DNA of 63,778 bases, counting the filler, from Reticulomyxa filosa (taxonomy: Eukaryota; Protista; Foraminifera), in NCBI GenBank assembly GCA_000512085.1. It is 22 parts of 22 records of this genome, joined end to end, with 100 filler letters (N's around TTAATTAATTAA, not from the genome) between each part and the next. Parts side by side here need not be neighbours in the genome. Positions count along the whole stretch, not along the records: positions 50,780 to 52,526 come from ASPP01026301.1; positions 52,627 to 58,177 come from ASPP01007688.1; positions 58,278 to 60,715 come from ASPP01001248.1; positions 60,816 to 62,207 come from ASPP01025441.1; positions 62,308 to 63,778 come from ASPP01021427.1; 17 more parts are not named here. One strand, written 5' to 3'. The notes beneath the pieces were generated by a model. The model made no database searches. It had not been told where the DNA came from and saw nothing but the letters and a program-made list of their open reading frames with translations. A program made the translations under genes and the position numbers. Within the stretch, counting starts at the first letter, position 1. The number at the start of each line of letters is the position of its first letter. This document shows, one piece after another, positions 50,780 to 63,778 of the stretch.

Positions 50780-52400
50780 ATCTTAAGCAATCTCTTTCTT
50801 TTCTTATTGCTATCCTCCAACATGGCCTAGTTCGTTACAGCTAGTCTCTGTCGATGAATTAACTTACAAAGATTTCTTTGTATTCGAAAACATAAACATT
50901 CAACGCATTGATATCCTTTGTTTTCTGTGACAAGGCCTCAAAATTTGTGAGATACTTCATTTCGGCCATTACCGAAAGGGGGCCATCCTAATATCAAACA
51001 AAATAAGTGAACGAAAACATCAATTTTTACTATAATCTTATCAAAAAAAGTTGGTTTGTTCAATCACAAAAAAAAGTTGTAGAAATGGTATATTTTGCTT
51101 AAACTGTATTGATTGACTGTTTTTTTTATCATTTTTTTCTTTTTTTTCCCAAAAGTGTTTCCTAAGTTATTAAAAAAAAAATAGCCAGTCATAATTGTTT
51201 TTTTAGAAAGCGAACTTGGGCTAAAACGTTTTGTTTAGTAACACTATGAAAAGTTTTTGTGATACAAAAAAAAGAATAATTTTTCTTATCCCTTTAATGC
51301 TTGCACTTAATTTTTCTTTAAAGTATCAGTATTTCTTGATATGGGAAAATCAAACGAATATATGCTTCTGCAACAGCACTATGATTGAACCCAAAACAGC
51401 AACTCTTCCTTTTTGAACTATTTAATTAAATGAAAATACATTTTTCAAATATTCTACTATTTTAAGTCATGTGTCAGATTTTTGAAGTGCTAAAATAGCC
51501 ATTGTTTTCGTCAATAACTCAACAAAAACTAAAAGCATGAGCCAATTAATTTGTTAAATTGCTTTAAAATTTGCTCACGTAATTTGTTGTTATTGCGCTT
51601 TTTTTTTTTTTATTCACCAATTGATTCATTGATGTTTCGGTAATGTCAAAATAATACTGTATGTTTTGTGAATCCAGATTTTAATTAATTTTGCGGTGTT
51701 CGAAGTCCATAGGTTGAACTAAGTTTTTTATTTTATTTCAGCATATAAAAAATAAAGAAATTTTTTTTTAGATTTACATACGCCCAAAAAAAAAAAAGAA
51801 AAAAACTTAAAACCAAACTTCTCCTTCATTAAGTCTTCGATTCCTAGCATGGGCGAAATGCAAAATTTTGTCAATGTTCAATTGTCCTTTTTTTTTTATC
51901 ATCACAAGTGACACACTTGAGCGGCAATATCAGAGTAACATTTCTTCCATTTGACACCAATCGTGAGCATGCGCGTAGTTTGTATGAAATGCAAGAACGC
52001 TTGTGCTACTTCCATCTTCAATTTTTCGTGTCTTAAGCGATTTGTTTCTTTCTTCATTGATATCACCATACTTTTCCAACAGACTGGTCTTTGTCGACAA
52101 AAGAACTTTGAAAGATTCCTTCGTATTTAAAATTCTGAACCTCCAACACCTTGCTATCTTTTGTTTTCTGTGATGAGGTCTCAAAATTTCCGCAACACGT
52201 CATTTTGACCATTACTTAAAGGGGGTCCTCCCAATATCAAACAAAATAAGTGAACGAAAACATCAATTTTTGCTATCATTTAATCAAAAAAAAAATTTGC
52301 AGAATTGATATATTTTACTTTGAATTGTATTGATAGACTGTTTTTGATTGTTTTCTTTTCCTATTTTTTCAAAAGTGTTTTTCGGTGGATTTAAAAAAAA
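50780..52400 (-). repeat. Diverged direct duplication (~50780-51180 and ~52030-52400) of a short decayed gene 5' end plus upstream region
   Basis: AATATCAAACAAAATAAGTGAACGAAAACATCAATTTTT is identical at ~50990 and ~52233. Both copies carry MAEMKYLTNFE…QKTKD / MVKMTCCGNFE…QKTKD followed by early stops. Confidence 0.75.
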
Positions 52401-52634
52401 ATAAATAAAATTTTTGTATTTTCTTGATTAATTTAGCATCAAATAAAAATAAAAAAATGAAATGGAGATTGTTTTTTGAGAAGTCTAAATGTGCATTGAT
52501 CAAAATATCATGTACCCTGAACTTTTNNNNNNNNNNNNNNNNNNNNNNNNNNNNNNNNNNNNNNNNNNNNTTAATTAATTAANNNNNNNNNNNNNNNNNN
52601 NNNNNNNNNNNNNNNNNNNNNNNNNNCTGCCCCC

Positions 52635-52665
<31 letters not shown>

Positions 52666-52673
52666 TTAAAAAC

Positions 52674-53389
52674 CTGGGACAGAGGAATACCAAGGTGAAA
52701 AATCTTGTGAGTGTTGAGCGGCAACAGCTTTGGCAGCGCCATTGCATCCTCGAAATGTGATAGGGACATTGATGCGACCACCGCTCATGTACAGCAGCTT
52801 GCCCGCACTGTTGACTACTTGATCAATGGCTTGCATGCTAAAGTTGAAGGACATGAACTCCACAATGGGCCGCAGTCCGTACAGCGCTGCACCGACACCC
52901 ACACCCGTGAAACCCATCTCTGTTATTGGCGTATCGATCACTCGGGCGTCACCATATTTCTTCCATAGCCCTTTCGATATTTTGTACGCACCATTATATT
53001 GAGCCACTTCTTCACCGAACAATACTACTTTCTCGTCACGTGCAAACTCTTCGTACAATGACAAGTTCAATGCGCCACGAACACTTACCTTTTTTTTTTT
53101 TTTTTTTGAAGTTTTTGAAAAAATCCCCCCAATTTTTTTTTTTTTAATTAAAAAAAAAAAAATAATGGCCCCCCTTTTTAACTTCTCCTGTCTGGAAATA
53201 TTCTGCAAATGCTGTCGGTACGCTGTCCGCGTTCTCCTCGTATTGCTTCTTCATTGTATCTAACAACACCTTTGTGTTGGAAAATTTTCTACGGCTTAAC
53301 GCCAATGATGACGCACATACATGCTGCTTCGAAGTCACTCGTGATGACAAGCTAAATCTCCCTATTGAACACAAGAGTGATCTTGACAT
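52674..53389 (-). CDS. PDHB: Mitochondrial pyruvate dehydrogenase E1 beta subunit, 5' exons; intron 53089-53182
   Basis: [65 protein letters not shown]. Arg/Ser-rich N-terminal presequence ([17 protein letters not shown]…RRKFS). Confidence 0.96.
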
Positions 53390-54549
53390 TGCTCAAAGAA
53401 TTGTTTGAATTGAGATTATGATGGGATTTTACAAAAATTTCTTTCATTTTGTCCCTCTCTCTTTGCTTGTACTTTCCTCGAGGTCGTCAACAATTAAAAT
53501 TACTGAAAAGTGGAACATCGACACTTGTTACATTGCAGTAAGAAGTACAAACGAACGTATCACTATACATAAAAAATATGCATCTACGAAATGCAAGGCA
53601 CGTGTTATGGAAAGATTCTCCATTTTCAAATGCTCATATACAAAAAACACATCAAATCTAAGCAATCCATTCATTACAAAGTTTTTTTTTCTGCTTTTTA
53701 AATTTTTATTTAAGTTCAAATTTTGAAAATCGTACACTATCCCAAAATACAATTGGACCATTATTGAACCATAATATAGGTAAAGTTATTGTCATAGTCA
53801 TTTGTATTTATTTCATTCTTTCTTTTTCAATTGCAAAAACTTAAAAACAATATATTCCACCATCTTCTTGATAATCTCCTTTAATCGCATACAATTTGTT
53901 CTTATTTGATCGAATATCACAAAAACGAATTGTATAATCAATTAATCCAGAACACATTATATTTCCACAACTGCTAATTTCACTTATAGGAAGTGTGCAG
54001 AGTCGGCACTAAATGTAATACGAAAGTTGTTACTGAATAAATATTCAGAAAAGAAAACAAACTAATTGAAATAATACAGAAATGACCAACACTGATAAGG
54101 CTAAGAAAACAGAAAAGTTAAAAGATTGGACAGTTTGTTGGAAAATGATTCCACAAACAGCAGAATGTGTTCAGTAGTTTTTAAAACCAATATATAAAAA
54201 AAAAAGTTCAATCTGTCAAAATAGACCAATATCATTCTGTTACAAATTAAAAAAGTGAAGGAACGGATACTATCAATGACGAAGGAGGCACGACACAGCT
54301 AGTAAGCCCTCAACGTATCGCAAGTAATAACACAAATCGAAGAATTGACGAAGCAGTTAAAAAAAGAAATGAAATTAATAATCAGAGTTAGCTTTGAATT
54401 TTGAATAGTGAGGTTGGATTTTGACAAAATTGTAGTCAAATATATTAAGTGATTGGTTACTTAATCGTATTATTTAATTTAATCCATAATATATATTTAA
54501 TGTAGGCTAATATTTTAAATTGTTGCAAGTTCATGCATGAAATGATATA

Positions 54550-54920
54550 ATTTGGAAATTTTGTGCATTCAAATATTGCAATATTCATCAAATGGTGAAA
54601 TGACTGTATCTGTATCTATCAATAATGCAATTTATTTGTGGACTGTAGAGTCTGAATAGCAATTAAAAGGACATGCTGATTATGTAAAATGTTCAAAATT
54701 TCTCCGGATGAAATACAAAACAATTCGAATATGTGAGTGAAGTAAGAATATCTTCCAGATGATCAAACTATTGTGTCTTGTTCAGATGATAAAACAATTC
54801 GTTTGTGAGATGTGAAATCAGTGTATGAAATACAAAAACTGCAAGAGCATACTGGTATGATGAAATGTGTAGATGTTTCGTCAGATGGGAGTAAGCTTGT
54901 AGTATGTATGCTCTGAAAAT
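54550..54920 (+). pseudogene. WD40-repeat pseudogene
   Basis: QLKGHADYVKCSKFSPD, PDDQTIVSCSDDKTIRL*DVKS, EHTGMMKCVDVSSDGSKLV with stops and frameshifts. Confidence 0.8.
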
Positions 54921-55409
54921 TATAGAGCCTGAATATGAGGGCTAACAAAACATCTAAAAACAAAAGTAGATATGCTTTAAAACTAAAAGCACAATGACGA
55001 AAATGTAGTTGCTTTGATTAACAACTCTGTTGGATTTCTTTAAGTGAAAAAGAAAGAAAATACACTTTAAAAAGAAAAATATGCTTTTTATTAATCTAAA
55101 GAATACACTACTTTATTTTGTTTTACTTGTCCTTTGCCAGGTTTTTAAAAGTGACAAACAAAGGGACATGTTAATAGTGCAGCAAAACAAAAATGAAGTC
55201 CACGTCACAAAAGTACTTTTTAAAGATTAAAGAAGATGGAAGAAAGTCACACATAAATATCTCTTCTAAATTTTAGGAAACTAAAACAATTGTTTTGGGG
55301 GGAAGAAAAAAAAAAAAAAAAAAAAAAACAAAAGTCTGCAAAAAATAAATAAATAATAAATAATTTTATCCACTCACTTAAAAATTAATGCAATTTTTTC
55401 AGTGTCTTA

Positions 55410-58177
55410 CTATCTTCCATAAAGACTCTTTAATTCATCATAAAACAACTCAAAGTTTGAAGTTTGACTTGACTCTCGTTCATGCGACTCAGAAAGTGCA
55501 TGCTCGGGGGCAAGTGGAGGCAAGCAAATGGGCTTCGAGTGAACAGAATAATCGATCTCAAAGATTTTGAATTCTGCACTGAACAACAATTTTTTGGAAT
55601 TGAAAAGCATGCCAAACTTTTCACTTAAATCAAGCCCATGTAATAGTACATGTCTGGACATGGAAGTTACATCGATGGATCGGTACCCACCACTATGGAG
55701 TCATATATTATATGTGTATACGTATAAAAATATAATGTGTTGTACATCTTTTGCACAAGGCAAACAAATAAATCAACCTGTAGTTACGAATTGCAGGTGG
55801 ATTGATAGTATCCTTTGTCGGATGAGAGTTGGGAACAGTGGTAACAGAATCAAGCCATTGGGAAATGCTCCCATAAGGGATCAAAATGTTTCCATAAATG
55901 GTAATGGAATTGGTTAACGAATCAAAAGTGGCACTTCCGATTGAAATGTGCTGTTTGTGCAAATGTTCCAACGAGTGTGCAATGGTTTCGGCAATGGTTT
56001 CGAAACGCTGCAAATGATCCTGAATATGTTGCTGCAGCAATACCCGTTTTTTGAAATTGGCGATGCCATTGAGATTTAACTGAATATCCAGTTGAAATGA
56101 ATATTTCATAAATAAATTTTGTTTTCGAATCCAAAGAGATATCACCGTTCCAGCGATTGACAAGAGACTCAGAGTAAAGGAAAGGTACACACTGCGATTA
56201 ATGTCCGTTCTGGTGTTTGCTTTCGAATAATTTAATCCAATCAATTGCAATACAATTTGCGGAGTGTTTTCCAATAAAACAATACTGAGGGCTTTGAACT
56301 GCGTGAGTTTCCGAATCTCTGGCCATGTCATACCCAATGAAAACACTTCCAAACCAAAGATGCGAGAGTTCATTAGCACCAATGTTACAAATAAATCTCC
56401 GCAGCATCCAACTAGAATCATTATCAACCACAGCCTTGATGCATACATTTTCCTACTATAGCTATTATACCCAAGATAAAACCGTGACGTTTTGCTCATT
56501 GAATACGTTTGCACCAAGTTTGCCGTCCATGAAATTAACAGAAACACTGTCGATAACATCGCCAACATTAGCCATATTTGCTTCGGTCGTTTGATCTCAT
56601 TGTTCTCATTCCCGGCATTGTTTGAATAAAAACTCAATTTCCAAAATTCTTGACACAAATTTATATCTTTAAAAAATTACGTATAAAATTTTTTTTATAT
56701 AAAAGTGCGAATTTGCGCAAAATGGATAAAGGTAGTGTATCAAACCTGTGAAAAGGTCCAATGCCTTTAAAGTATAATTTAGCACAGCAACAGGCTATTA
56801 CATTTGGGATTGTGTTTTTTTGAATTGTGAGAAGAGAAAGAGAGAGGAAAAAAAAAAAAAAATTATTTGTTGGATATATGAATATTAAAAAAAAAGACAA
56901 AACATTGGAGAGTTCGACACTATGTTGATGACAGTACTCACAACAAATGAGTTGTCCGGAGTTGTGTAAAACAGCTAGTATGAAAATGATAAAGATGAGT
57001 GAAAAAAAAGGAGGATAGCGGAAAATATGAAGAGATTGTCTCCCAATTGCTTGATAAAGTCGAAATTGGTGTGTTTTAAATTCGTGCAAGTGAACCACTC
57101 ATCATTGGCTTCATTGACGACAATCTTATTCTCAATTTCTCTCGAACAGCCCACAAATGCGACGTGGAATGTATTCTCCGGCGCACGTAACACAGACGAC
57201 AAAGGACAAACGGAGCCAGTCAATTCATTATCGCAAGTCAATGAAATAGCAACATTTTCACCCAATTTTCCCTATGTTTGTGTAAAAATGGAGCTTAGAA
57301 AGTATTAATATGTGTATATATACGATATATACGTACATAAATGTATATGTACATAAACTGGAGTCACCACAAAAGTGATATTACCAAGGCCATGGGCAAA
57401 TTGGCCATACGTCGTTTGTTGAATGATGGGACAGGAAAGAGAGGAGAAAGCGGTGACGCAGAGGAGCTGCAATTGAATGAAGGAGCAGACTCCGTCGATA
57501 TCGCAATATTCAAAAGGTACATAGGATTGATTGAAATAATCGACCGTTTGAAGGGATGCATACATGGGACAATTGGGACAAGTATAATCCACGGGGGACA
57601 CTTGGAATCGGATTTGAGTAGGCCAAGATACAGCTTTGAGCGATTGGCCCATCAGCGGGGGATGAAATTGCAAATGGAATGGATTTTCGGCATTTTGGAA
57701 CAATGCAATGTCCGAACTCGATGTCAATCGCGTAGCATTGTTTTGCTCAAATGTCACATTCGTTAGCGATACATTTAATGTACTATTTTCGGTACCATGT
57801 CGCAACAACATTGCCCCTCCAACTCCACTTGTCCCCCTTCGCATTGTCACTCGCTCCAGTATCAATCCACTCACTCCATTTTTTTTATACGTACTCGCTG
57901 ACAACAATCCTCCTTGCGCTGCACATAATCTATCTCCATTCCAACAATTCCCATCCAATGTTGAATCTATTATCACCACTGTGTAGTCCGTCTATTCAAA
58001 ATCACAAATACTATTATATATAAATATATATGTATATATATATATATATTCTTTTTTTTTTTTTTTTTATTTAAAAAAGACAAACAAACAGAAATGACGT
58101 ATAATAAATATACCACAAATGCTATCCCTCCGTAGTTCACTGCACTGTTCTCCGAAAAATTGCAATCTGATTCGCAC
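55410..58177 (-). CDS. Multi-exon membrane protein: GGA/FxxN (Pmp-like beta-helix) ectodomain, Cys-rich linker, multi-pass TM C-terminal region; 5' end missing
   Basis: CNFSENSAVNYGGIAF, GVGGAMLL..NVTFEQNNA, CPNCP, several hydrophobic helices and an LLENTPQIVLQ motif in ORF 55708-56658. Confidence 0.7.
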
Positions 58178-58277
58178 NNNNNNNNNNNNNNNNNNNNNNN
58201 NNNNNNNNNNNNNNNNNNNNNTTAATTAATTAANNNNNNNNNNNNNNNNNNNNNNNNNNNNNNNNNNNNNNNNNNNN

Positions 58278-58313
58278 CCATTTAGGTATGGCAGTTTTTT
58301 TTGCAATCTACTG
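58278..58313. mobile_element. Terminal TIR fragment of the same Tc1/MITE family, followed by TA
   Basis: TTTAGGTATGGCAGTTTTTTTTGCAATCTACTG|TA versus MITE right end TTTAGGTGTTCAGTTTTCTTTGCAATATACTG|TA. Confidence 0.65.
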
Positions 58314-59054
58314 TATTAAAACATGATAACGCTTTTTACATGTAATAACTTGCAACATCAAATTCGCGATTCACAAGACATAAGGTGATGAACAAAGTAA
58401 TAAACAATGTGATTGTCCAAGGAATACAAATGAATTACAAATAATAAAAACGCAATCAGATCAATACTTCTTCAAATAAATACGAGTAAAAATTCATTTA
58501 AGTAATTTTATACACTTGATAAAATCCATTTAATAAAACGCAAATTCATTTAATTTCTCCACTGCTGTAATTTTGTCTCCAATCAATATATCGAATTATC
58601 GTTTATTCGGATTTAAAGAAAAAAAACTAATAAAAAAATTTTTTACGGTATATAAAAATTTTTTTTATACTAGTTGAAAATATCAGATATCTGTCAACTC
58701 TTCGAAAACAATGGCTCAGAAGATAATCCTGGTAAATAGTTCAGCTTCATCAAAGCCAAATCAACAAAAAGAAATTATTTTGTAAAATGACTTCAAAATC
58801 TGAAGGCATTTTGGGGATCATTGCACGGTTAAGTCTCTTGTATTCTCCTGTGGAGGTCAGAGGGAACTTTAGGACACTAAATTCTTCAAACTCAAAAGAA
58901 ATGTGAATGTCGATCATGAAAGATTAATTAAATAAAATCCATAAAAAAAAGAAATTTAAAACAAAATTGAAGGTCTAAAAGCCTTTCTTGGCCTTGGAGG
59001 GTCTTTCTTTGTGTTTCCTTGACCACTCGTTTAAGTTTGTGATTAATGCGATAT

Positions 59055-59300
59055 TCAACAAATTTGACCAAACTTGCAATCAATGAGAATAATTACACTT
59101 CCACAATGTGATCTGTAATGATTGCTCATTTCTTCAATATATGCTCCAATATTTGTCGTAATAACATTGATTGTATATTCCAACTTCAGCAATTGTTGCG
59201 TATATAGACCTTGAATGACAAGTACTGCAACCCCAATTCTAGGATTTGGGAATGTACTTCTATCACAGAATATCACAATGCAATTAAGATCCAACGATAA
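59055..59300 (-). pseudogene. Decayed RNase H domain of a retrotransposon
   Basis: IVIFCDRSTFPNPRIGVAVLVIQ…TTNIGAYIE…VIILIDCKF matches the RNase HI layout (IFTDGS..NPG..G…TN…E…IxxDS) with degenerate residues. Confidence 0.7.
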
Positions 59301-60149
59301 CAAAAAAATAAATGATTTTAACACTTTCATCATTGATATTAACTTTTGCCAAAAAAAGTTGTATTTTGAAGAAGAAAAGTTTGAAACTGCAAGATCGTAA
59401 TCGAAGTGATTTTGAAAGAAATTTTGAAATCAATAGATTAAAGATTTCGATCGAAAAGTCAAGAAAATTCAAGAGACTAAAAAGAAACTTTTTTTTAAAA
59501 AATATATAGCACCATTCATCATCATTCAACTTGTTGAAAAGTTGTTTTTGGAAGGGAATTGAAGTTGGGCAAGTCAAGATACTCAAGCATCTTTCAAGTT
59601 TTGAAGTTAATCTTGAAAATAGGTATCTGAGATTTTGAAAAAGATTTTATTTAGGAATTTTCATGAAGAAAAGTTATTTTATTTGGGATTTTTTTTGGAT
59701 AAATTAATTTGAATATTTATTGAAAGCACTTAAAGAGGGTCATTGGAAAATCAAAAGAATATTGAAAATTTGTTATTTGTGAAGAATTTTTGATTGAAAT
59801 TTCATTGGAATAATCATTGAAGTATTAATTGGAATTTTGTTATTGTTATTAAGAAATTTGAATATTATAAGGCTAGTGAAAGGCCAATACTTGGAGATTA
59901 AGGCACAATCAGCCAGGACGCAAAAAAAGCGATACAAAGTTTTTTTTGAGGAATTGCGACGCCCCTTGCAAAATTTTTGCACGAATATTAAGAAGTTGAT
60001 ATACAATGACATCACTTCCAAGCGAACCAAGAAGAAATATGCAAACAAAAGTGAAAGAAAATAATAGTTTAAAGGCTTATGGAAGAACAAGGCATAGTGG
60101 TAAATCGATTGGCGATTCATTATTATCATTGCCAAATCAAATTAATGAT

Positions 60150-60715
60150 AATATGAGTCGCATAGTCAAAGTGCAAGATCAGTCAATCATTCGATTAATA
60201 ATGATGAAATAATGATCGACAATGCAAACAAAAGAAGGCAGTCTGTCGAAATCAAGCCGATTGATCAAAGAATTTAAAAAGATCAAACCAGATGATGACA
60301 ATATTGAAAACGAAAGGATGAAAGCAAACAAAAAACAAAAGACCCAATTTTACAAAGGGGCTTGATGAATATTACAAACCTATCCGAAAATAAGGAAAAG
60401 GAACTGAAGGATGAAAACATATGGAAGGAAAACAAGAAACAAAGTATCCCTTTTTGTTCGATGTTCAGAAGAGATTACGTCTCCGGACAATTGGAGAAAC
60501 TGAAGAAAAAAATATCAAACCCTGAAACAAATCGATGCATGTTATTGAAAAATGTGTCAACAAGAGAATATCATCAAGAAGTTGTTGATACATTGGAAGA
60601 ACTGGATGAAGTGGAAGAAGTGGAAAGATTTAAGGGCATGCCAGTTGTGAAAGTGATATTTTCGAATGCCAAAGATGTTCAAAGGGCACTTCAAGAAAAG
60701 GCTATCACGATTGGA
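60150..60715 (+). mobile_element. Decayed ORF1/gag-like region of a non-LTR-type retroelement (RRM-like, pre-knuckle region)
   Basis: MLLKNVST..EVVDTLEE..VEEVERFKGMPVVKVIFSNAKDVQRALQEKAITIG resembles LINE ORF1 RRM regions; upstream stops. Confidence 0.5.
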
Positions 60716-62307
60716 NNNNNNNNNNNNNNNNNNNNNNNNNNNNNNNNNNNNNNNNNNNNTTAATTAATTAANNNNNNNNNNNNNNNNNNNNNNNNNNNNN
60801 NNNNNNNNNNNNNNNCTTGATGGGTGCTAAATAAGGATATAGAATATCACTGTAATTATTGTCATCAGCCCATTTTGATTGATGAATTGGAAGTCTTTAT
60901 TCAATAACTTGTTTATCACAACATCTGATTTCATTTAAACTATCAAAATTGATATTATTATCATTTCAACTCAATTGGATGTGAGGATTAAATATCAGCA
61001 AACCAAATATCCAGTAATTCAATGCCCACGTTATTTGCTATTTTCCAAATATGATTATTTGAATTCTTTTCGTTCATCAATCTATCTTATTTTTCATTTG
61101 GATATTTTTTATCAATCCGATTTGACGATTTAACAATGGGATTGCTATAATTTGTGAAGGTTGTAGTATGTACATTTGTTTTGCTTCTGCTGGTGCGACA
61201 ATAGCAGGCTTTACAATAAAGATCAAACCTCGATGATGCGACCGAAAGCATCTTTGGTAGCCAATGCAAGCATCAAAGAAGAAATAGAAGATGCGTTGAT
61301 ACAACAGTGACTCCAAGGTTAGACCATGACATCGACGTCATCTCAAGTGCTCAATGACGACAATTGCAACGAACTGGATTGAAGTCGATTAGAAGGTAGT
61401 ATTTGTGGCCTTGTTTCTATTCGCATTCAATACAATAATTTTGTCATGTGTTGAATGTGTTGAGTTGCGGCTTATCTCGAGTACAGATGGAGGAACATTG
61501 CTTTGACATAGAATGATGAATCTTGTTCGTATTTACGGTGACTATTTTGCAAATGGAGTGGAAATCGTCATTCACTTTTATTACCGCAAGAACGAAAAAC
61601 ATTGTGGGAATGATGATCGTTATTTCTTGACTTACATGCTGCCTTGGAAAAGATTCACGATTTATGTTTTGTATCCCCAATATTATAGATGGACCGGGAT
61701 TATTTCACAATATAACTCCTTCACGTGTCTTTTGCATTGGTACTATTTGCTGTTGTTGCCGCAATTTATCATGGAAGAGTCACTACGTTAATTTTCTGGA
61801 TATTGTTTGTTTTTGTTCTTCTGTATTTGCGGATTCCACCACCTGCACCACCTGTGAACTCTGCGTATCCCAGCTGCTGTAAAAACAAAAACGACAAACA
61901 ACAAATTAATTCAAATTGCTGAAGAAAAAAAGACAAAAAATAATCAATGTTCTTTTAACTTTGATCATCTTTCAAAGGCACTCATAGTTTTCATAAAACA
62001 AATATCAACACTTTTAAGTGATTTATTGTGTCCCTTCCCTTAATCTACTCTTTCTTGTCCTTCTTCCTCTTTCTCTCTTTCATTCCAAACCTAAGGTAAA
62101 GCATCCTACAACGAAATGATCCGTATCCACGTTATTTTAGTTAAAACACATCCAACGACTGAAAATATGATAAAAGTAGCACATACATTCAAATAAAGCT
62201 GCATTTCNNNNNNNNNNNNNNNNNNNNNNNNNNNNNNNNNNNNNNNNNNNNTTAATTAATTAANNNNNNNNNNNNNNNNNNNNNNNNNNNNNNNNNNNNN
62301 NNNNNNN

Positions 62308-63305
62308 TGTTCTTCAATCCAAGTAACTTAATTACTGCTGTCGCTGATTTTGTATTTGTTTTTGCTCATAAAATTGAATAAAACTATTGCAAAAAACAAA
62401 ACAAAAACAAACATAAAAATTGTTGAAGCATTTCCAGATGGTGGATTAATATATGTTGATGTAAAGAAGGCAAAGTATTCTCGGCAAGGCTTGCAAGTCG
62501 TTGTGTCAAGTTCGAATGTACAACACAATGACGAAAACAGCTAATGAGATTACATTTGAGAACGTGCAGAAAAAGAATATGCAAGTTCGGCGACAAATAC
62601 TCCAACAATTGTCGTAACTCCGCTACTTCATGGGATTAAAGAACAAGAATATTCTGTGCTCATACATTTCCGCATATTATTTGTCCATTTTGCGGTTGAT
62701 ATTAGCGAGCAGCTTATTCAACTTGTAAATAATTTTAACAATCCAAGAATGTGATATGAAATAAAAGAAATATTGGAGGACTATGTTCAAGAAGTGAAAC
62801 GATTCCATAAGATGCTAATTGTTAAGGTGTTGAAAGACATTGATGAAAGTAGGGCTATTCGATAAAAACAAATCACGTCCAAGTCGCATTTCAAGCAACG
62901 CAGGAAATGCTACAAGTTGCATCATATCGCTTGTGATTGCCTAAAGAAACGTAAATGATGTAAGTATTGCGGATTTACAAATCACGATACAGGAAAATGC
63001 AGAAAACAACATAAATGCAAGAGATGAAATTAACATTCCAGAATATTATTTTGGTATCACAAAGTCTCCAAACCTCCTGGAGAGATCCAGTAACTCACAA
63101 TTCAAAAAAGGGAACACAGTGCTGAATGAAGATTGTAGAAAATGAAATATAATTCAAACAAAAAATTTTTTTTTTAGCAAGAGTGAGATCTTATCCAAGT
63201 TAAACTGAGCACCTATCCTAAAAGGAACACAGTACTCTAATAAAAACAAACAAAAAGGAAAATATCAACAAAGCATATCAAAAACTAACACACAATCAAC
63301 AAGTA
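62308..63305 (+). mobile_element. Second decayed copy of the zinc-knuckle retroelement family with downstream conserved segments
   Basis: KCYKLHHIACDCLKKRK*CKYCGFTNHDTGKC. Homology to 38874-39400 (minus), 40035-40112 (minus) and 40417-40533 (plus). Confidence 0.7.
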
Positions 63306-63778
63306 AAAAAAAAAATTTTAAGTTTTAATGTAATCTTTAAAATATAAAAAAACAAATAAATCTCAAGGCTCTTGTCAATGAAACAATTCGTCATTGGGGA
63401 TAGATCGTGTAGCCAAGTTTGTAATCGAAACAGTTATCAAGTTCTTCAATTTAAATTGAAATAACTTTATTGCTTTTACTTTTGATTAGTCGTTGTAAGT
63501 TTGGTGTTTTTCTTTTGTTGTTTCTTTTGAGAACGAGGTGCTCTTTTAATTAGAAAGACCTGCGTTTATGTATGTAGAGAGGGCAAAAAGAAGTGCGAGT
63601 TGATGATGAAGCGAGAGAGTAGTCCAACACTTGATACGCTCCACTACATCTCTTAATCGATTTCCAATCCCCGTCTGCATTAACGTCGAGTTAATTGATT
63701 GTAAAAATAAAATAAAATAAAATAATATTTACCCCCTTCATCATTAATATTAACTTTTCTTAAAAAGTTGTACCACAA

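Noticed and set aside
58278-60715. RNase H and ORF1-like relics as a single element
   Set aside because: They are on opposite strands and diverge from each other; more likely two separate insertions.
7932-62307. Regularly recurring TTAATTAATTAA flanked by Ns, superficially like a repeat-spacer array
   Set aside because: Assembly linker with six-frame stops; not biological. It also invalidates any 'gene cluster' reading across contigs.
63595-63690. Possible C/D snoRNA (TGATGA box C-like)
   Set aside because: No downstream CTGA box D or terminal stem found.
1-63778. tRNA, rRNA, spliceosomal snRNA or CRISPR arrays
   Set aside because: No recognisable conserved motifs seen; a covariance-model scan would be needed to exclude divergent ones.

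Overview
This window is not one locus. It is a concatenation of 22 contig segments joined by 21 artificial 100-bp linkers (N44-TTAATTAATTAA-N44, stops in all six frames), so neighbourhood across linkers is meaningless. Almost all contigs come from an AT-rich, intron-rich microbial eukaryote with poly-Asn tracts, (TA)n/poly-A/poly-T introns and many pseudogenes. The WD40 family signature and overall style suggest a rhizarian/foraminiferan such as Reticulomyxa (inference from recollection, not a search). Recognisable genes: a multi-exon mono-ADP-ribosyltransferase (five WWE domains plus an H-Y-I PARP domain), a G-protein alpha subunit, WD40 proteins, a kinesin fragment, PDH E1-beta, a DysF + MUN(Munc13)-like protein, and a GGA/FxxN-repeat membrane protein. 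Mobile DNA: an intact Tc1-like transposase with atypical DD33E spacing, a decayed Tc1 element plus a MITE sharing its TIRs, and decayed gag/zinc-knuckle and RNase H retroelement relics with an odd terminal-repeat arrangement. One contig (30253-31814) looks bacterial (IS3 end, intronless ORFs). The most interesting items are the 5xWWE-PARP gene and its splicing peculiarities (A-tract acceptors, GC-AG introns, 1-nt-staggered introns), a ~320-nt closed multi-hairpin element at 45680-46001, the DD33E transposase and the retroelement terminal architecture. All exon models were spliced by eye and are unverified.
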